Of a stretch of 64,000 nt of DNA, positions 1-10,642 are shown one piece after another (position 1 is the stretch's first letter; each line of letters opens with the position of its first letter). The notes beneath the pieces were generated by a model. The model did not search any database, had not been told where the DNA came from, and worked only from the letters and a program-made list of their open reading frames with translations. Source of the DNA: a virus (taxonomy: Duplodnaviria; Heunggongvirae; Uroviricota; Caudoviricetes); IMG/VR virus record IMGVR_UViG_3300047323_000678. The stretch is one strand, 5' to 3'. Both the position numbers and the translations under genes were made by a program.

Positions 1-567
1 AACGAATGTGATTTAAACAACATTGATATTTCTAATATTTCTGAGATAAATAGTCTATTTTTTGATTCTGACTTTAATGGAGATATCAGTAAATGGGATA
101 CATCTAAAGTTATTAATATGAGTAATTTATTTAATAATAGTGCATTTAATGGAGATATAAGCAAATGGGATGTATCAAATGTTGAAAAAATGAGCAGTAT
201 GTTTAGAGAATCAAAATTTAACGGCGATATATCAAATTGGGATGTTTCAAAAGTAAGAAGGATGTATTCAATGTTTAGGGAATCCAAATTTAATGGCGAC
301 ATATCTAAATGGGATGTTTCTAAAGTAAATGATATGCAAGGGATGTTTGCTATGGCTAAATTTAATAGAGATTTAAGTGATTGGAAGCCATATAATTTAA
401 GTTTATTATATGAAATATTTTATAAATGCCCAGCTCCTGTTCCTTATTGGGCAACAATAAAAGATAAAGAGCAAAGAAATAAAGTAATGAATAACTTTCA
501 TTTACATCAAAAATTACAAGAAGAATTAATTGATAATCAACTTAATACAAAAAAGCTTAAAATATAA
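1..567 (+). CDS. DUF285/BspA-like repeat protein, 5' end outside the window
   Basis: Frame open from base 1 (NECDLNNIDISN); five 24-aa FNGDISxWxxSxVxxMxxMF repeats, PYW motif, ends KKLKI. Confidence 0.85.
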   Translation, partial: NECDLNNIDISNISEINSLFFDSDFNGDISKWDTSKVINMSNLFNNSAFNGDISKWDVSNVEKMSSMFRESKFNGDISNWDVSKVRRMYSMFRESKFNGDISKWDVSKVNDMQGMFAMAKFNRDLSDWKPYNLSLLYEIFYKCPAPVPYWATIKDKEQRNKVMNNFHLHQKLQEELIDNQLNTKKLKI

Positions 568-627
568 AGTTAATTTTGATAATTAATTTTATTTCATTAA
601 AATTATTATAGATAATAAGGAATAAAA

Positions 628-1855
628 ATGACTAACCACAATGATGCAGTTAACAAAGTATTAGAAAAATTATTTAAGATACCAGAATTCGCTTTTAAAA
701 AAGAGGATAATCTATTATTCTTACTAAAAGAACTTGAAAAATGTAATGTAAAGGTTACGATTAAGCCTGATGTTTTTAATGAAAAAAGAGAGGCAGTAAT
801 TCAAGTTTTAACTAAACAAAATGAAAAATTATTTTCAATTCATCAAATGCCAGATGGATTTAGTCCAAATTATAGAGTAAAGGTTAATGATAATACAGTA
901 TCTTATCAAGTGGCCAATCAAATGTTTAATGAGGCTAATATGGAAGCATTAATGGCGGCTGTAGAAAACCAAATGGATACGAATGTTCAAAATAAATTAG
1001 AATTAAATAAAAGAGAAGAGGATAAAAGACTACAATCAGTATTAGAGCATTTTAAGGTACAAATGTATAATAATCCTCCAGGTGGTATATTAAATAATAA
1101 TCAAACAGGAAGCCAAAATATTAGTGAATTATTTAAATATCTAATGAAAAATGCACCTGAGAGTTTGTTTTCTAAGGATGAAAAACCCCATCTTTATTAT
1201 GTGGCGAAACTAGATGATGGAGAAGCTAAGATCCAAATGCATTCAGATTCGTTATATGGAACTAAGACTCCTAGCATTACATTTAGCAATAAAGAAGGTA
1301 AAGAAATATTTGCTTTACAAAAAGAATATGATCAATTTAATGAATTCTTTTCATTTGATATGTATATTGATAAAAAAAGAGTTGATGGATATGAAAGCAG
1401 TTTAATATTAGCCTCAATACCAACTATAAAACTATATAATCAAATTGTTAATTCAATAACAAACACTCTAAATGAAATAAAACAAAGAGACATAGAAACA
1501 ACAAATAATTATATTACAATCTGTAACAGATACTTTTAATAAACCAGTAAAAACTACAGAAGAACTCACTTTAGACGATTTTAAGATAGGAGATGTTCTT
1601 CCTCCACATTTACAAAAACTTCAAGAAGAAAAATTAATTAAAAAACCTGAAGAGATTCAAGAGGTTGTAAAAGAATCAGTGAAAGTTAGCGAAGAAACTC
1701 AAGAAATTATTGTACAGAATGTAATAGAAAATTCTGTTGTAGAAGATGCCGTAATAAAACCTAAAACAACAGCAGAGAATATAATCAATAAAATTGGAGC
1801 TATTCGTAATAGAATTTTTAATAATTCATCTACAAATAAAAATAAAATGAATTGA
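628..1855 (+). pseudogene. Hypothetical protein split by a +1 frameshift near 1496-1539 (or sequence error)
   Basis: ORF 628..1539 stops at TAA; the +1 frame is open 1496..1855 with no usable ATG and reads ILQSVTDTFNKPVKTTEE...IINKIGAIRNRIFNNSSTNKNKMN. Confidence 0.65.
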
Positions 1856-1893
1856 TTTTAAATGTTTTAAAATATCAAATTTAAAATTAAAAT

Positions 1894-1915
1894 AAGCCCC
1901 AATTAGGGGCTTTTT
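1894..1915 (+). terminator. Intrinsic terminator
   Basis: AAGCCCC-AATTA-GGGGCTT followed by a T run. Confidence 0.8.
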
Positions 1916-1967
1916 ATTGCCTATTTTTTTTGATTTGATAAAATTAAATAAATTTCAATATAAAAAT

Positions 1968-2702
1968 ATGAAAAAGAAAATAGCACCTAAAACAAAACAA
2001 TCTTTAATTAATCTAATTCAAAAAGAAATAGATAAACATGGTTATGAATGTGATTTGAATCATATTGATGTCTCTAATATTAAGGATATGGAGCATTTAT
2101 TTAGAGAAGCTCATTATAATGGAACCATTTCACAATTTAATGGAAATATATCAGAGTGGGATGTTTCAAATGTGACTAATATGGCTTGTATGTTTTGGGG
2201 ATCTGAATTCAAAGGTGATATCTCAAAATGGAATATATCTAAAGTAAAAAAAATGGGAGCCATGTTTAGGGATTCAAAATTTGATAACGATATTTCCGAT
2301 TGGGATGTATCAAATGTCTCAGAAATGATAGGTATGTTTTATGAATCACAATTTAATGGAGATATATCTCAATGGGATGTATCTAATGTTAAAAATATGA
2401 GTCATATGTTTTATATATCTCAATTTAATCAAGACATATCAAATTGGAATGTTTCAAATGTTGAGGACATGACAAAAATGTTTTGCAGATCGCAATTCAT
2501 TTTTAATTTATCTAATTGGAAGCCATTTAATTTAAACGAATATGAATATCTTTTTAGTAATTGCAAAGCTAAAATTCCTTATTGGACTAAATTTGATGAT
2601 AAAGAAAAGCGCAATATGGCTATTAATAAATATTGGATAGCCAAAGATTTACAAGACGAATTATCAAATACTCAATCATTATCAAAAAAAATGAAAATAT
2701 AA
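1968..2702 (+). CDS. DUF285/BspA-like repeat protein
   Basis: Six 24-aa repeats, [10 protein letters not shown] cap, PYW motif, KKMKI tail; ATG 1968 preferred because it aligns with paralog starts. Confidence 0.85.
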   Translation: MKKKIAPKTKQSLINLIQKEIDKHGYECDLNHIDVSNIKDMEHLFREAHYNGTISQFNGNISEWDVSNVTNMACMFWGSEFKGDISKWNISKVKKMGAMFRDSKFDNDISDWDVSNVSEMIGMFYESQFNGDISQWDVSNVKNMSHMFYISQFNQDISNWNVSNVEDMTKMFCRSQFIFNLSNWKPFNLNEYEYLFSNCKAKIPYWTKFDDKEKRNMAINKYWIAKDLQDELSNTQSLSKKMKI

Positions 2703-2717
2703 ATAAAGGATTAAAAT

Positions 2718-3359
2718 ATGAAACCTACAATTATAGCTCAAGATAGAGAACATTTAATTAAATTAATAAAAAAAGAGATTGAGTTAAATGGAAACCAATG
2801 TGATTTGAACCATATTGATGTCTCTAATATTACTGATATGAGTTATTTATTTGCAAATTTATCATTTAATGGAGATATTTCAAAATGGAATGTATCTAAT
2901 GTGATAAGTATGCACGGTACATTTTATAATGCCGAATTCAATGGGGATATAAGTAAATGGAACACCTCAAAAGTAAAAGATATGAAAAGAATGTTTCATG
3001 AATCTGATTTTACTGGTGATATTAGTGATTGGAATGTATCAAATACTATGAATATGGAACAAATGTTCACAGACTCAAAATTTAATGGCGATATTAGCAA
3101 ATGGAATGTATCAAAAGTTGAATATATGGATTATATGTTTGCAAGCTCTAAATTTACTGGTGATATTTCCATTTGGAAGCCACATAAATTAGAAAATATT
3201 GATAGTATTTTTAATGAATGTTTAGCACCTGTTCCTTATTGGGCAAAAATAGTAGGTTATAGTGCAAGAAACAAGGCAATTGATGCGTATCATTTAATGA
3301 ATGAATTAAATAATGAGTTAAGCAATAATAGTAAATTAGATAAAAAAATGAAAATATGA
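2718..3359 (+). CDS. DUF285/BspA-like repeat protein
   Basis: Five repeats, same cap and tail; AAGGA RBS. Confidence 0.88.
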   Translation: MKPTIIAQDREHLIKLIKKEIELNGNQCDLNHIDVSNITDMSYLFANLSFNGDISKWNVSNVISMHGTFYNAEFNGDISKWNTSKVKDMKRMFHESDFTGDISDWNVSNTMNMEQMFTDSKFNGDISKWNVSKVEYMDYMFASSKFTGDISIWKPHKLENIDSIFNECLAPVPYWAKIVGYSARNKAIDAYHLMNELNNELSNNSKLDKKMKI

Positions 3360-4141
3360 CATCAAAAATAATAGCTAAAGATAGAAATCATTTAAAAGAA
3401 CTGATTAAAAACGAAATAGATAAGCATGGTTATGAATGTGATTTGAATCATATTGATGTTTCTAATATTACTGAGATGGCATTGTTATTTGATAACTCCA
3501 AATTTAATGGCGATATTAGCCTATGGAATACTTCTAATGTGAAAGATATGAGTTTTATGTTTTATAAATCTAGATTTAATGGAAATATTAGCCTATGGAA
3601 TATCTCTAATGTTACACATATGGTAGCAATGTTTGAAGGTTCTGTATTTAATGGAGATATATCTAAATGGGATACTTCTAAAGTAGAAAATATGATGCGA
3701 ACTTTTAAAAAATCAAAATTTAGAGGTAATATATCACAATGGAATACTACTAAAGTTACCAATATGAGCGAAATGTTCTCAGATTCTAAATTTAATGGTG
3801 ATATTAGTAAATGGAATGTTTCAAATGTTGCTCTTATGAGCAGCATGTTTCATAAATCTATTTTTAATGGTGACATTTCTAAATGGGATGTAAACAATGT
3901 TTATAGTATGACTGGAATGTTTTCTAAATCAAAATTTAACAAGGAGTTAACAAATTGGAAACCAGTTAATTTAGGATTTTGGGAGAATATGCTTGATGGC
4001 TGTAATGCACCAATTCCTTATTGGGCTATGATTGAAGATAAAGATGTTAGAAATAAAGCAATTAATAGTTATGCCTTAACCCAGGAATTACAAAAAGATT
4101 TATCTAAAAATCATGTACAAACAAAAAAACAAAAAATCTAA
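3356..4141 (+). CDS. DUF285/BspA-like repeat protein
   Basis: Seven repeats; ATGA overlap with the upstream paralog. Confidence 0.88.
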   Translation: MTSKIIAKDRNHLKELIKNEIDKHGYECDLNHIDVSNITEMALLFDNSKFNGDISLWNTSNVKDMSFMFYKSRFNGNISLWNISNVTHMVAMFEGSVFNGDISKWDTSKVENMMRTFKKSKFRGNISQWNTTKVTNMSEMFSDSKFNGDISKWNVSNVALMSSMFHKSIFNGDISKWDVNNVYSMTGMFSKSKFNKELTNWKPVNLGFWENMLDGCNAPIPYWAMIEDKDVRNKAINSYALTQELQKDLSKNHVQTKKQKI

Positions 4142-4146
4142 TTAAT

Positions 4147-4737
4147 ATGAAACCTACAATCATAGCTAAAGATAAAGAGCACCTTAAAGAATTAATTCAA
4201 CACGAAATTGATTTAAGTGGAACTCAATGCGATTTAAGCCACATTGATGTATCAAATATTACTGATATGAGTGATTTATTTTCACATTCTAAATTTAATG
4301 GTGACATATCAAATTGGGATGTGAGTAATGTAAAGAATATGGAATTTATGTTTGAACGATGTAGTTTTAATGGAAATATATCTAAATGGGATGTTTCTAA
4401 TTTAATAAACATGAGATGTATGTTCACATATGCAAATTTTAACCAGGATATATCAAATTGGGATGTTTCTAAAGTAGAAACTATGCAACTTTTATTCTAT
4501 AAATCTTTATTTAACCAAGATTTATCAGATTGGAAGCCATATAATTTGAATAAACTAAAAAGCATACAGGAAACTTTTGATGACTATAGTTCAGTAATTC
4601 CATATTGGTATGAATACAATAATACAAAAGAGAGAAATGAAGCTATTGAAAATTATTGGATGAAAAAGAATTTACAGAAAGAATTAGAGAATGACTTATT
4701 ATCAGATAAATCATCCAAAAAGCAGTCTAAAATATGA
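4147..4737 (+). CDS. DUF285/BspA-like repeat protein
   Basis: Four repeats, same cap and tail. Confidence 0.88.
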   Translation: MKPTIIAKDKEHLKELIQHEIDLSGTQCDLSHIDVSNITDMSDLFSHSKFNGDISNWDVSNVKNMEFMFERCSFNGNISKWDVSNLINMRCMFTYANFNQDISNWDVSKVETMQLLFYKSLFNQDLSDWKPYNLNKLKSIQETFDDYSSVIPYWYEYNNTKERNEAIENYWMKKNLQKELENDLLSDKSSKKQSKI

Positions 4738-4822
4738 AATCTTTACATTTTATTTTATTGATATAAATTGAAAATTATTACATATTAAAAAAATGAAAAT
4801 ACTTTAAAAAATAATAAATGAA

Positions 4823-4984
4823 TTGAAGTTATATAAAGAACATAATCCGTCTTGCAAATGCAATAAGATAGATCCATGCAAATGCTTATGTCACAAGAAT
4901 CCAGGAGTTATGCACATAATTAATTGTTGTATATTAAAAAAATGTAATGTTTGTCAAAAGAGTTATAGAGTAACTAAAGGTTAA
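4823..4984 (+). CDS. Possible Cys-rich miniprotein (53 aa)
   Basis: TTG-start ORF below the track cutoff: LKLYKEHNPSCKCNKIDPCKCLCHKNPGVMHIINCCILKKCNVCQKSYRVTKG; no clear RBS. Confidence 0.3.
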   Translation: MKLYKEHNPSCKCNKIDPCKCLCHKNPGVMHIINCCILKKCNVCQKSYRVTKG

Positions 4985-5119
4985 CCCAAAATAAAATCTA
5001 TCAAAAGTACCACTCAATACGGAATATTGGGCGATCTGTTGAAACATCATAAGACTGCCTATTCGCATAACTTGCTTAAATCTTTTAATGTTTTAAAATT
5101 AATAAAGGAGATATAAATT

Positions 5120-5965
5120 ATGAAAAACAAGTTATTTTTGTTGTGTGCAGATATTTTAAAAAATATAAAAGGTAATAAGCCAAAATCCACAGTAATAGCA
5201 AAGAGCAAAGAACATTTAAATCAATTAATTCAATTAGAAATTAAAAAGAATGGTTATGAATGTGACTTGAATCATATTGATGTCTCTAATCTTACAACCC
5301 TTAGAGAAGTATTTTATAACTCTAATTTTAATGGGAATATATCTAAGTGGAATACATCTAAAGTTAAAGATATGAGTAATTTATTTCTCAATGCAAAATT
5401 TAATGGAGATATCAGTGAATGGGATACATCTAGTGTTGAAATTATGCATAGTATGTTTGAAGGATCTAAATTTAATGGGGACATATCAAATTGGAATACA
5501 GCTAATGTTAAAACAATGATGCAGATGTTTTATAGGTCAAAGTTCAATGGAGATATCTCAAAATGGAATACATCTAATGTAATGAACATGAGTTCAATGT
5601 TTTCTATGTCAAATTTTAATAATGATATCAGTAATTGGGATGTTTCAAATGTTAAAGGAATGCCTTTTATGTTCTCTAGGTCAAGATTTAATGCAGATAT
5701 TAGCCAATGGAATGTTTCTAAATTAGAAGTTATAGAAGGAATGTTTCAAGATTCTCAATTTAGTGGTGATATATCAAATTGGACACCATATTCATTAGAA
5801 AATTTTACAGATACTAAAGATCCATTTTTAAATTCTAATTGTAAAAAACCTTATTGGTATAATTATGCAGATAAAAAGACTAGAGAAATAGCAATTAATG
5901 CTTATCAGTTAGAAAAAGAATTAAAACATACTAAAAATGAACAAGGTAAAAAATTAAAAATTTAA
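5120..5965 (+). CDS. DUF285/BspA-like repeat protein
   Basis: Seven repeats; AAGGAG RBS; ends KKLKI. Confidence 0.88.
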   Translation: MKNKLFLLCADILKNIKGNKPKSTVIAKSKEHLNQLIQLEIKKNGYECDLNHIDVSNLTTLREVFYNSNFNGNISKWNTSKVKDMSNLFLNAKFNGDISEWDTSSVEIMHSMFEGSKFNGDISNWNTANVKTMMQMFYRSKFNGDISKWNTSNVMNMSSMFSMSNFNNDISNWDVSNVKGMPFMFSRSRFNADISQWNVSKLEVIEGMFQDSQFSGDISNWTPYSLENFTDTKDPFLNSNCKKPYWYNYADKKTREIAINAYQLEKELKHTKNEQGKKLKI

Positions 5966-6059
5966 TTACTGTACAAGAGCAAAGATAGCCGATATAATAA
6001 TTTATCTTCTAATGCTTAGTATCTCATAGGCAATCAATTTTTACAGACAGGGAATAATC

Positions 6060-6506
6060 ATGGACTATTGTTTATATAATGCAATTAAAACCCCAGACGG
6101 AACCATTCTTTGGTGCGAAAGTGGTCACGACTATAAAACTCATACAGATAGTGTATCTGGTGAAGAATATATGAATGATGGAACAGGGTATGGTATTCGG
6201 CGTTCTGTAAATAATGTCCCAGCAGAAGATCTTTCCATTTGGAATACTGATCCATTTGAAAAAATTAGGACAGCCAAATTTTGGGGATCTTATGGAAAAG
6301 ATGGAAAAAGTCCTAAGCGTATTCTTTCTCTTGAAGAGATGGAGGAAGATCATATCCATGCTATTTTGAAAACCCAAACACAAATTAGCACTATTCTTAA
6401 AGAATTTTTTGTAAAAGAACTTGAATACCGTGTTGAGAAATTTAAAGAAAAACTCGATGAAGAACTTCCTACAAATAATTCAAAAGATAATAAGCCTAAG
6501 ATTTAG
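6060..6506 (+). CDS. Hypothetical phage-type protein with basic C-terminal tail
   Basis: NAIKTPDGTIL...WGSYGKDG motifs resemble a family I recall from large phages (unverified); ends KLDEELPTNNSKDNKPKI. Confidence 0.7.
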   Translation: MDYCLYNAIKTPDGTILWCESGHDYKTHTDSVSGEEYMNDGTGYGIRRSVNNVPAEDLSIWNTDPFEKIRTAKFWGSYGKDGKSPKRILSLEEMEEDHIHAILKTQTQISTILKEFFVKELEYRVEKFKEKLDEELPTNNSKDNKPKI

Positions 6507-6552
6507 TAATTTATATTAATTGACATACCTATATAAAAATGATTTAATAACA

Positions 6553-6760
6553 ATGTTTGAACGACCTATCATGTGCCTATGGGTCGATAAAGTAAAAAGC
6601 AGAGAAGATTATTCGGCTCTGTAGGTCCGAGCGGCACCTTAAACGAGGTCAAACTGTAAGAGTTAAAATCGTTTGTTTTAAACTAGGCATCGGCTAGTCC
6701 TGAAAGGGAATTAATTCAAATAAATTTTTAAGGGAATTGCTAGTGATAGTGATTCCCTTA
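6553..6760 (+). ncRNA. Candidate structured small RNA
   Basis: TTGACA(6520)-17-TTTAAT promoter, several hairpins in a GC-enriched stretch, closed by a 13-bp hairpin 6730-6759. Confidence 0.4.
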
Positions 6761-6836
6761 TTCATTTTATTAATCCAAATTCTATAAAATATAAAAAAAC
6801 CACCAGTTAAGGTGGTTTAGTATTAATGCATAAAAA

Positions 6837-7223
6837 TCATGATTCACTATAAATACTTAATAGTGTTCCTTGATATTTTAAATTCTGTTTCTGAAGAAAC
6901 TCTACTAGATATTCTCGTGCTTCATGAGTAATGTTTTTCATTTCAAGTTGCCAGCGTTTATATAAAAAACATTCATGTTCAGTTCCAACTAAATTGGGAT
7001 GAATTTTTGCTGAATCATAATAATTTAAATAAAGGTTTAAAGACCATTCTGGCTTTGCCAGTTGTTCAATACTTTTTTTGACTAATTCAAGAACATTCTT
7101 GCAATCTTCATCTTCCACATCTGATTCTATATATGCATATGTTTCCTGAATTTCACCTTCTGGGACATATCCATCATCATGGTAGTCATCCCATATATTA
7201 ACATTTATTGATTTATCTTTCAT
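6837..7223 (-). CDS. Hypothetical protein
   Basis: 128-aa ORF with AAGGA RBS; no family recognised. Confidence 0.7.
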   Translation of the reverse strand: MKDKSINVNIWDDYHDDGYVPEGEIQETYAYIESDVEDEDCKNVLELVKKSIEQLAKPEWSLNLYLNYYDSAKIHPNLVGTEHECFLYKRWQLEMKNITHEAREYLVEFLQKQNLKYQGTLLSIYSES

Positions 7224-7397
7224 TTGTAATTCCTTTTAATTTAGTTTTAATATGTACACTTAAGGATTGTAACATAGTTTACCTAAGAAATAAGGAATTT
7301 TTAGTGATTAACTTATAAACATTTTTCTATATGAAAAAATTTGAATTTGTAGTTTAAATTACTATAATATTATTATTATTATAAAAAAAGGTAAACG

Positions 7398-9278
7398 ATG
7401 GAATCAAACTATATTATAAAACAAGGTAATATTATTTATCCTTTTGAATTAGAAGATCCAAATAAAAAGTATTTACTTAATCCTAATATCATAGAAAATG
7501 AAATTAATCGTATTTATTTTCGTCAAGATATCCAGCTTTTTTTGGGCAGTAATGTAGAAATTGAAAAAAGAACTGGCTCTACCTATAATATGGAATTATT
7601 TGGTGAGATGTTATCATATATGAATTTATTTCTTTATGATGATAAAGAATATATTAATCTGTATCCTAATGGATTTCATACAGAAAATAAAGTATTTATT
7701 CCAGTTGAATTGTTTAACAAGATGCTTGAACAAGAAAAAATAGATAAGGAATCAATAATAAACAAATCACCAGTTATGTTTATAAAATCATTAGTTTCTG
7801 TATTAGAAAATCTATATCATTTAAATTTTTCAAGTGAAGAAAAACAAAAAATTCTTCATACACAACTTAAAAAACTAAATTTAAACAATGAATCTCTAAT
7901 TAAAATTTTAGATTATGCCGATAACGATGAAGATTTTGGTAAACTTAAATTTATTCCAACAAAAGAATTAAAAATAAGTTTATTAAAGAATGATTTTTCT
8001 CCTGGAACAGTTGAATATCTTTCAGTATCAGATGATTCAAGCTTTATTGATATAGTGTTATCAAAATCTAAAGAGTTGAAAGATGATACTCATCCTTTCC
8101 ATAAACTTAAATCTAAAATTGTAGAAAATATTGACATAGAATCAAATAGTTTTAGTAGTGAATCAATTCAAGAATTAGTAAATAATATTTCGCAGCTTAA
8201 TCCTAAAGATTTAATGAGACTTAATTCATCCCTGTCGTCTATGGCACAAAATATTATAAAAAATCATACTGATAATGATCCAAATATAATACATATTGTA
8301 AAAGATTTATCTAGAGAATGGCTACCTTCAATAATGAAATTAAAAGATGGTCCATTTGCTAAAAATTTTCTTGATTTACTTAAGAAATTAAATGATTTTG
8401 ATTCCAAGTTATTAGAGAAAGGTAGACAAAATTTAGCAATAGAGATGATATCTTATGAATCTTGTACGGAAGAAAGAAAAGAATTAATTATCGGACTTTC
8501 AACCATGATGCGTTATAGAAGAAATAAAATCATTTATGTTCATAAAGAAAAAGAAAATAATGAAAATATGTTTTATGATGCTTGTGGCAAAGGTGATTTG
8601 GAAACAATTAAAAGATTATTAAATCTTGATAATGAAGAAATTAGTGTTGATATTTCATCTAAAAATAATACTGGCTTTATTGAAGCATCTAAAAAAAATC
8701 ATACAAATGTTCTTTTATATTTAATAGCAGGAGAAAACTCAAAACAACATATTGATATCAAAGATGTTTGGAAATACATAAAATACAGAAAAAATATAGA
8801 AGTGTTTGATGAACTATTATCAAAAAATTTAATTGATGATAAAAAAATAATTTTAGATTTAGCATTTAATTTTGAAAAAATTGATTTAGTGAATGATTTA
8901 CTAAATAAGAAATTAGATAGAGAAGATATAAATAAAATGTTTGATATCTTAAATGAAACTAATCGTTCAGATAATGCTAGTTTTCAAATGAGTAAAATAT
9001 TTATAGATAAAATTATGGAATATCCTAATGTAAAAGAAGAATTAGGAAATAAAATTGATGAATTGTTCTTTGCTGCTGCTAAAGGGAATAATTTAGAAAT
9101 ATTAAGAACTTTAGTTTTTGATTATAATATTGTACTATCAGATTCTTATAAAAAAAATTTAGAAAAACATTATCCACAGATTAATAATTTCTTTAATTTA
9201 AGAGAAATAAACAAAGAACTTAATTTGGAAATGAATAGTAATTTAGATAATAAGAAAGTCAAAAAAAATAAGATTTAA
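7398..9278 (+). CDS. Large protein with C-terminal ankyrin-like repeats
   Basis: FYDACGKGDLETIKRLL, FIEASKKNHTNVLLYL and FFAAAKGNNLEILRTL repeats; tail KKVKKNKI. Confidence 0.75.
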   Translation: MESNYIIKQGNIIYPFELEDPNKKYLLNPNIIENEINRIYFRQDIQLFLGSNVEIEKRTGSTYNMELFGEMLSYMNLFLYDDKEYINLYPNGFHTENKVFIPVELFNKMLEQEKIDKESIINKSPVMFIKSLVSVLENLYHLNFSSEEKQKILHTQLKKLNLNNESLIKILDYADNDEDFGKLKFIPTKELKISLLKNDFSPGTVEYLSVSDDSSFIDIVLSKSKELKDDTHPFHKLKSKIVENIDIESNSFSSESIQELVNNISQLNPKDLMRLNSSLSSMAQNIIKNHTDNDPNIIHIVKDLSREWLPSIMKLKDGPFAKNFLDLLKKLNDFDSKLLEKGRQNLAIEMISYESCTEERKELIIGLSTMMRYRRNKIIYVHKEKENNENMFYDACGKGDLETIKRLLNLDNEEISVDISSKNNTGFIEASKKNHTNVLLYLIAGENSKQHIDIKDVWKYIKYRKNIEVFDELLSKNLIDDKKIILDLAFNFEKIDLVNDLLNKKLDREDINKMFDILNETNRSDNASFQMSKIFIDKIMEYPNVKEELGNKIDELFFAAAKGNNLEILRTLVFDYNIVLSDSYKKNLEKHYPQINNFFNLREINKELNLEMNSNLDNKKVKKNKI

Positions 9279-9318
9279 TTTATTTTGCAGAAAATAAAAA
9301 CATTAAAAAAAGGTTATT

Positions 9319-9903
9319 ATGAAAAAGAAAAAAGAGCAGGAATCATTAGGATTCATTTTTGGATATAAAGAAGGTTCTTCATACAAAAATGAAAACAACC
9401 AAGATGTAATTAGTATTTCTTTCAAAAGTGGTATTTCAAAGAAATTTCCATCTAAATTTGAAAAGTTTAAAGATTTTTGGGCACAGGAAATATTTTTAGG
9501 ACAGGTATCAGAGCTTTATGTAAATTTAGAGTTCTTCAAAGATGCTTTTAATAAAGAACTAAAAGAAATTACAAATGATTTAACTTCTGAGTATAGCTAC
9601 TATTCTGAAGTATTTAGTCATAGAAAATATCATTTTGATTATGATATTAGCCAAGAGCAATTGGCAGCTTTAACCGCTTTTTCAATGGCTCATCTCTATA
9701 CTACTTACCAGAAGTGGGAGAATCAAACAGCTTTAGAACAAGCATTACAGGAATGCATCGGTGATTTCTTTAAAAACGATAAGCGTTCTTTATTAGAGGT
9801 TTATGAGAATTATAAACAAGTTAGTGAATTTATTTATAATAAAGATCTTGAAGAAACACTAGGTGAATTAAGTAGTGACAAGACGAAACCTAAAATGAAA
9901 TAA
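9319..9903 (+). CDS. Hypothetical protein with basic tail
   Basis: 194-aa ORF ending NKDLEETLGELSSDKTKPKMK. Confidence 0.7.
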   Translation: MKKKKEQESLGFIFGYKEGSSYKNENNQDVISISFKSGISKKFPSKFEKFKDFWAQEIFLGQVSELYVNLEFFKDAFNKELKEITNDLTSEYSYYSEVFSHRKYHFDYDISQEQLAALTAFSMAHLYTTYQKWENQTALEQALQECIGDFFKNDKRSLLEVYENYKQVSEFIYNKDLEETLGELSSDKTKPKMK

Positions 9904-9905
9904 AT

Positions 9906-9928
9906 AAAGCCCCTTTAATGGGGCTTTT
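9906..9928. terminator. Bidirectional terminator between convergent genes
   Basis: AAAGCCCC-TTTAAT-GGGGCTTTT. Confidence 0.8.
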
Positions 9929-9939
9929 AAATATACTCA

Positions 9940-10536
9940 TTAAATTTTAACTTTATGACCTATTGGGGAATTAACATTCAAATTTTCATTTAAATCCTTA
10001 TTAAGAAATCCTAGCTGAAATTCTCTTAGTAAGTTTTTACATTCTTCCATCTTACTTTTCTTAAGACATTCATATATAACATCAGTATTGATATAAAATT
10101 GAAATGTAGATGTTGAATCTTCTATATTAGCAAAATAGTCTTTAATCTCAAAATATTCTCCGTTAGTATCGTTTGCAGGAATATTTGATTGCATATCAAT
10201 ACAACCTATATAAAACTCTTTTTTTCTTCCTTCAGGATTATAAAAATACAAATAGAAAGAATGATTATTTTTAAAATTTTCGTACCAGTTTTCCCAAATA
10301 GTTCCATCCTCCCAATTTCTTTTAGGAGGAAAATAGTCTGAAAATTTGGAATCAATATCTATAAATTCAAAAACTTGAACAGCAATAATCTCTTTTTCTA
10401 AAGCATTTTTAAAGAATTCATCAAAAGCATACAACTCATTAGAGATTCCATCCATTAGTAGTAATTCATTGTCAGGGTCAACACTTGTTTCATGTTTAAT
10501 AAAAGATTTTCCATTACCAAAATTTTGAATTATCAT
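9940..10536 (-). CDS. Hypothetical protein with basic tail
   Basis: 198-aa ORF ending NKDLNENLNVNSPIGHKVKI. Confidence 0.7.
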   Translation of the reverse strand: MIIQNFGNGKSFIKHETSVDPDNELLLMDGISNELYAFDEFFKNALEKEIIAVQVFEFIDIDSKFSDYFPPKRNWEDGTIWENWYENFKNNHSFYLYFYNPEGRKKEFYIGCIDMQSNIPANDTNGEYFEIKDYFANIEDSTSTFQFYINTDVIYECLKKSKMEECKNLLREFQLGFLNKDLNENLNVNSPIGHKVKI

Positions 10537-10642
10537 AGTATTCTCAATATATTTGACACTAATTTTATCATTAATTAAGTTTATAGTAAATTTATAGAAT
10601 ATGCTATAATGAATATTAAATCACTCATTGCAGGAGATATCT

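Noticed and set aside
1-5965. Diversity-generating retroelement acting on the DUF285 array
   Set aside because: No reverse transcriptase in the window and no template/variable repeat pair differing only at adenines was seen.
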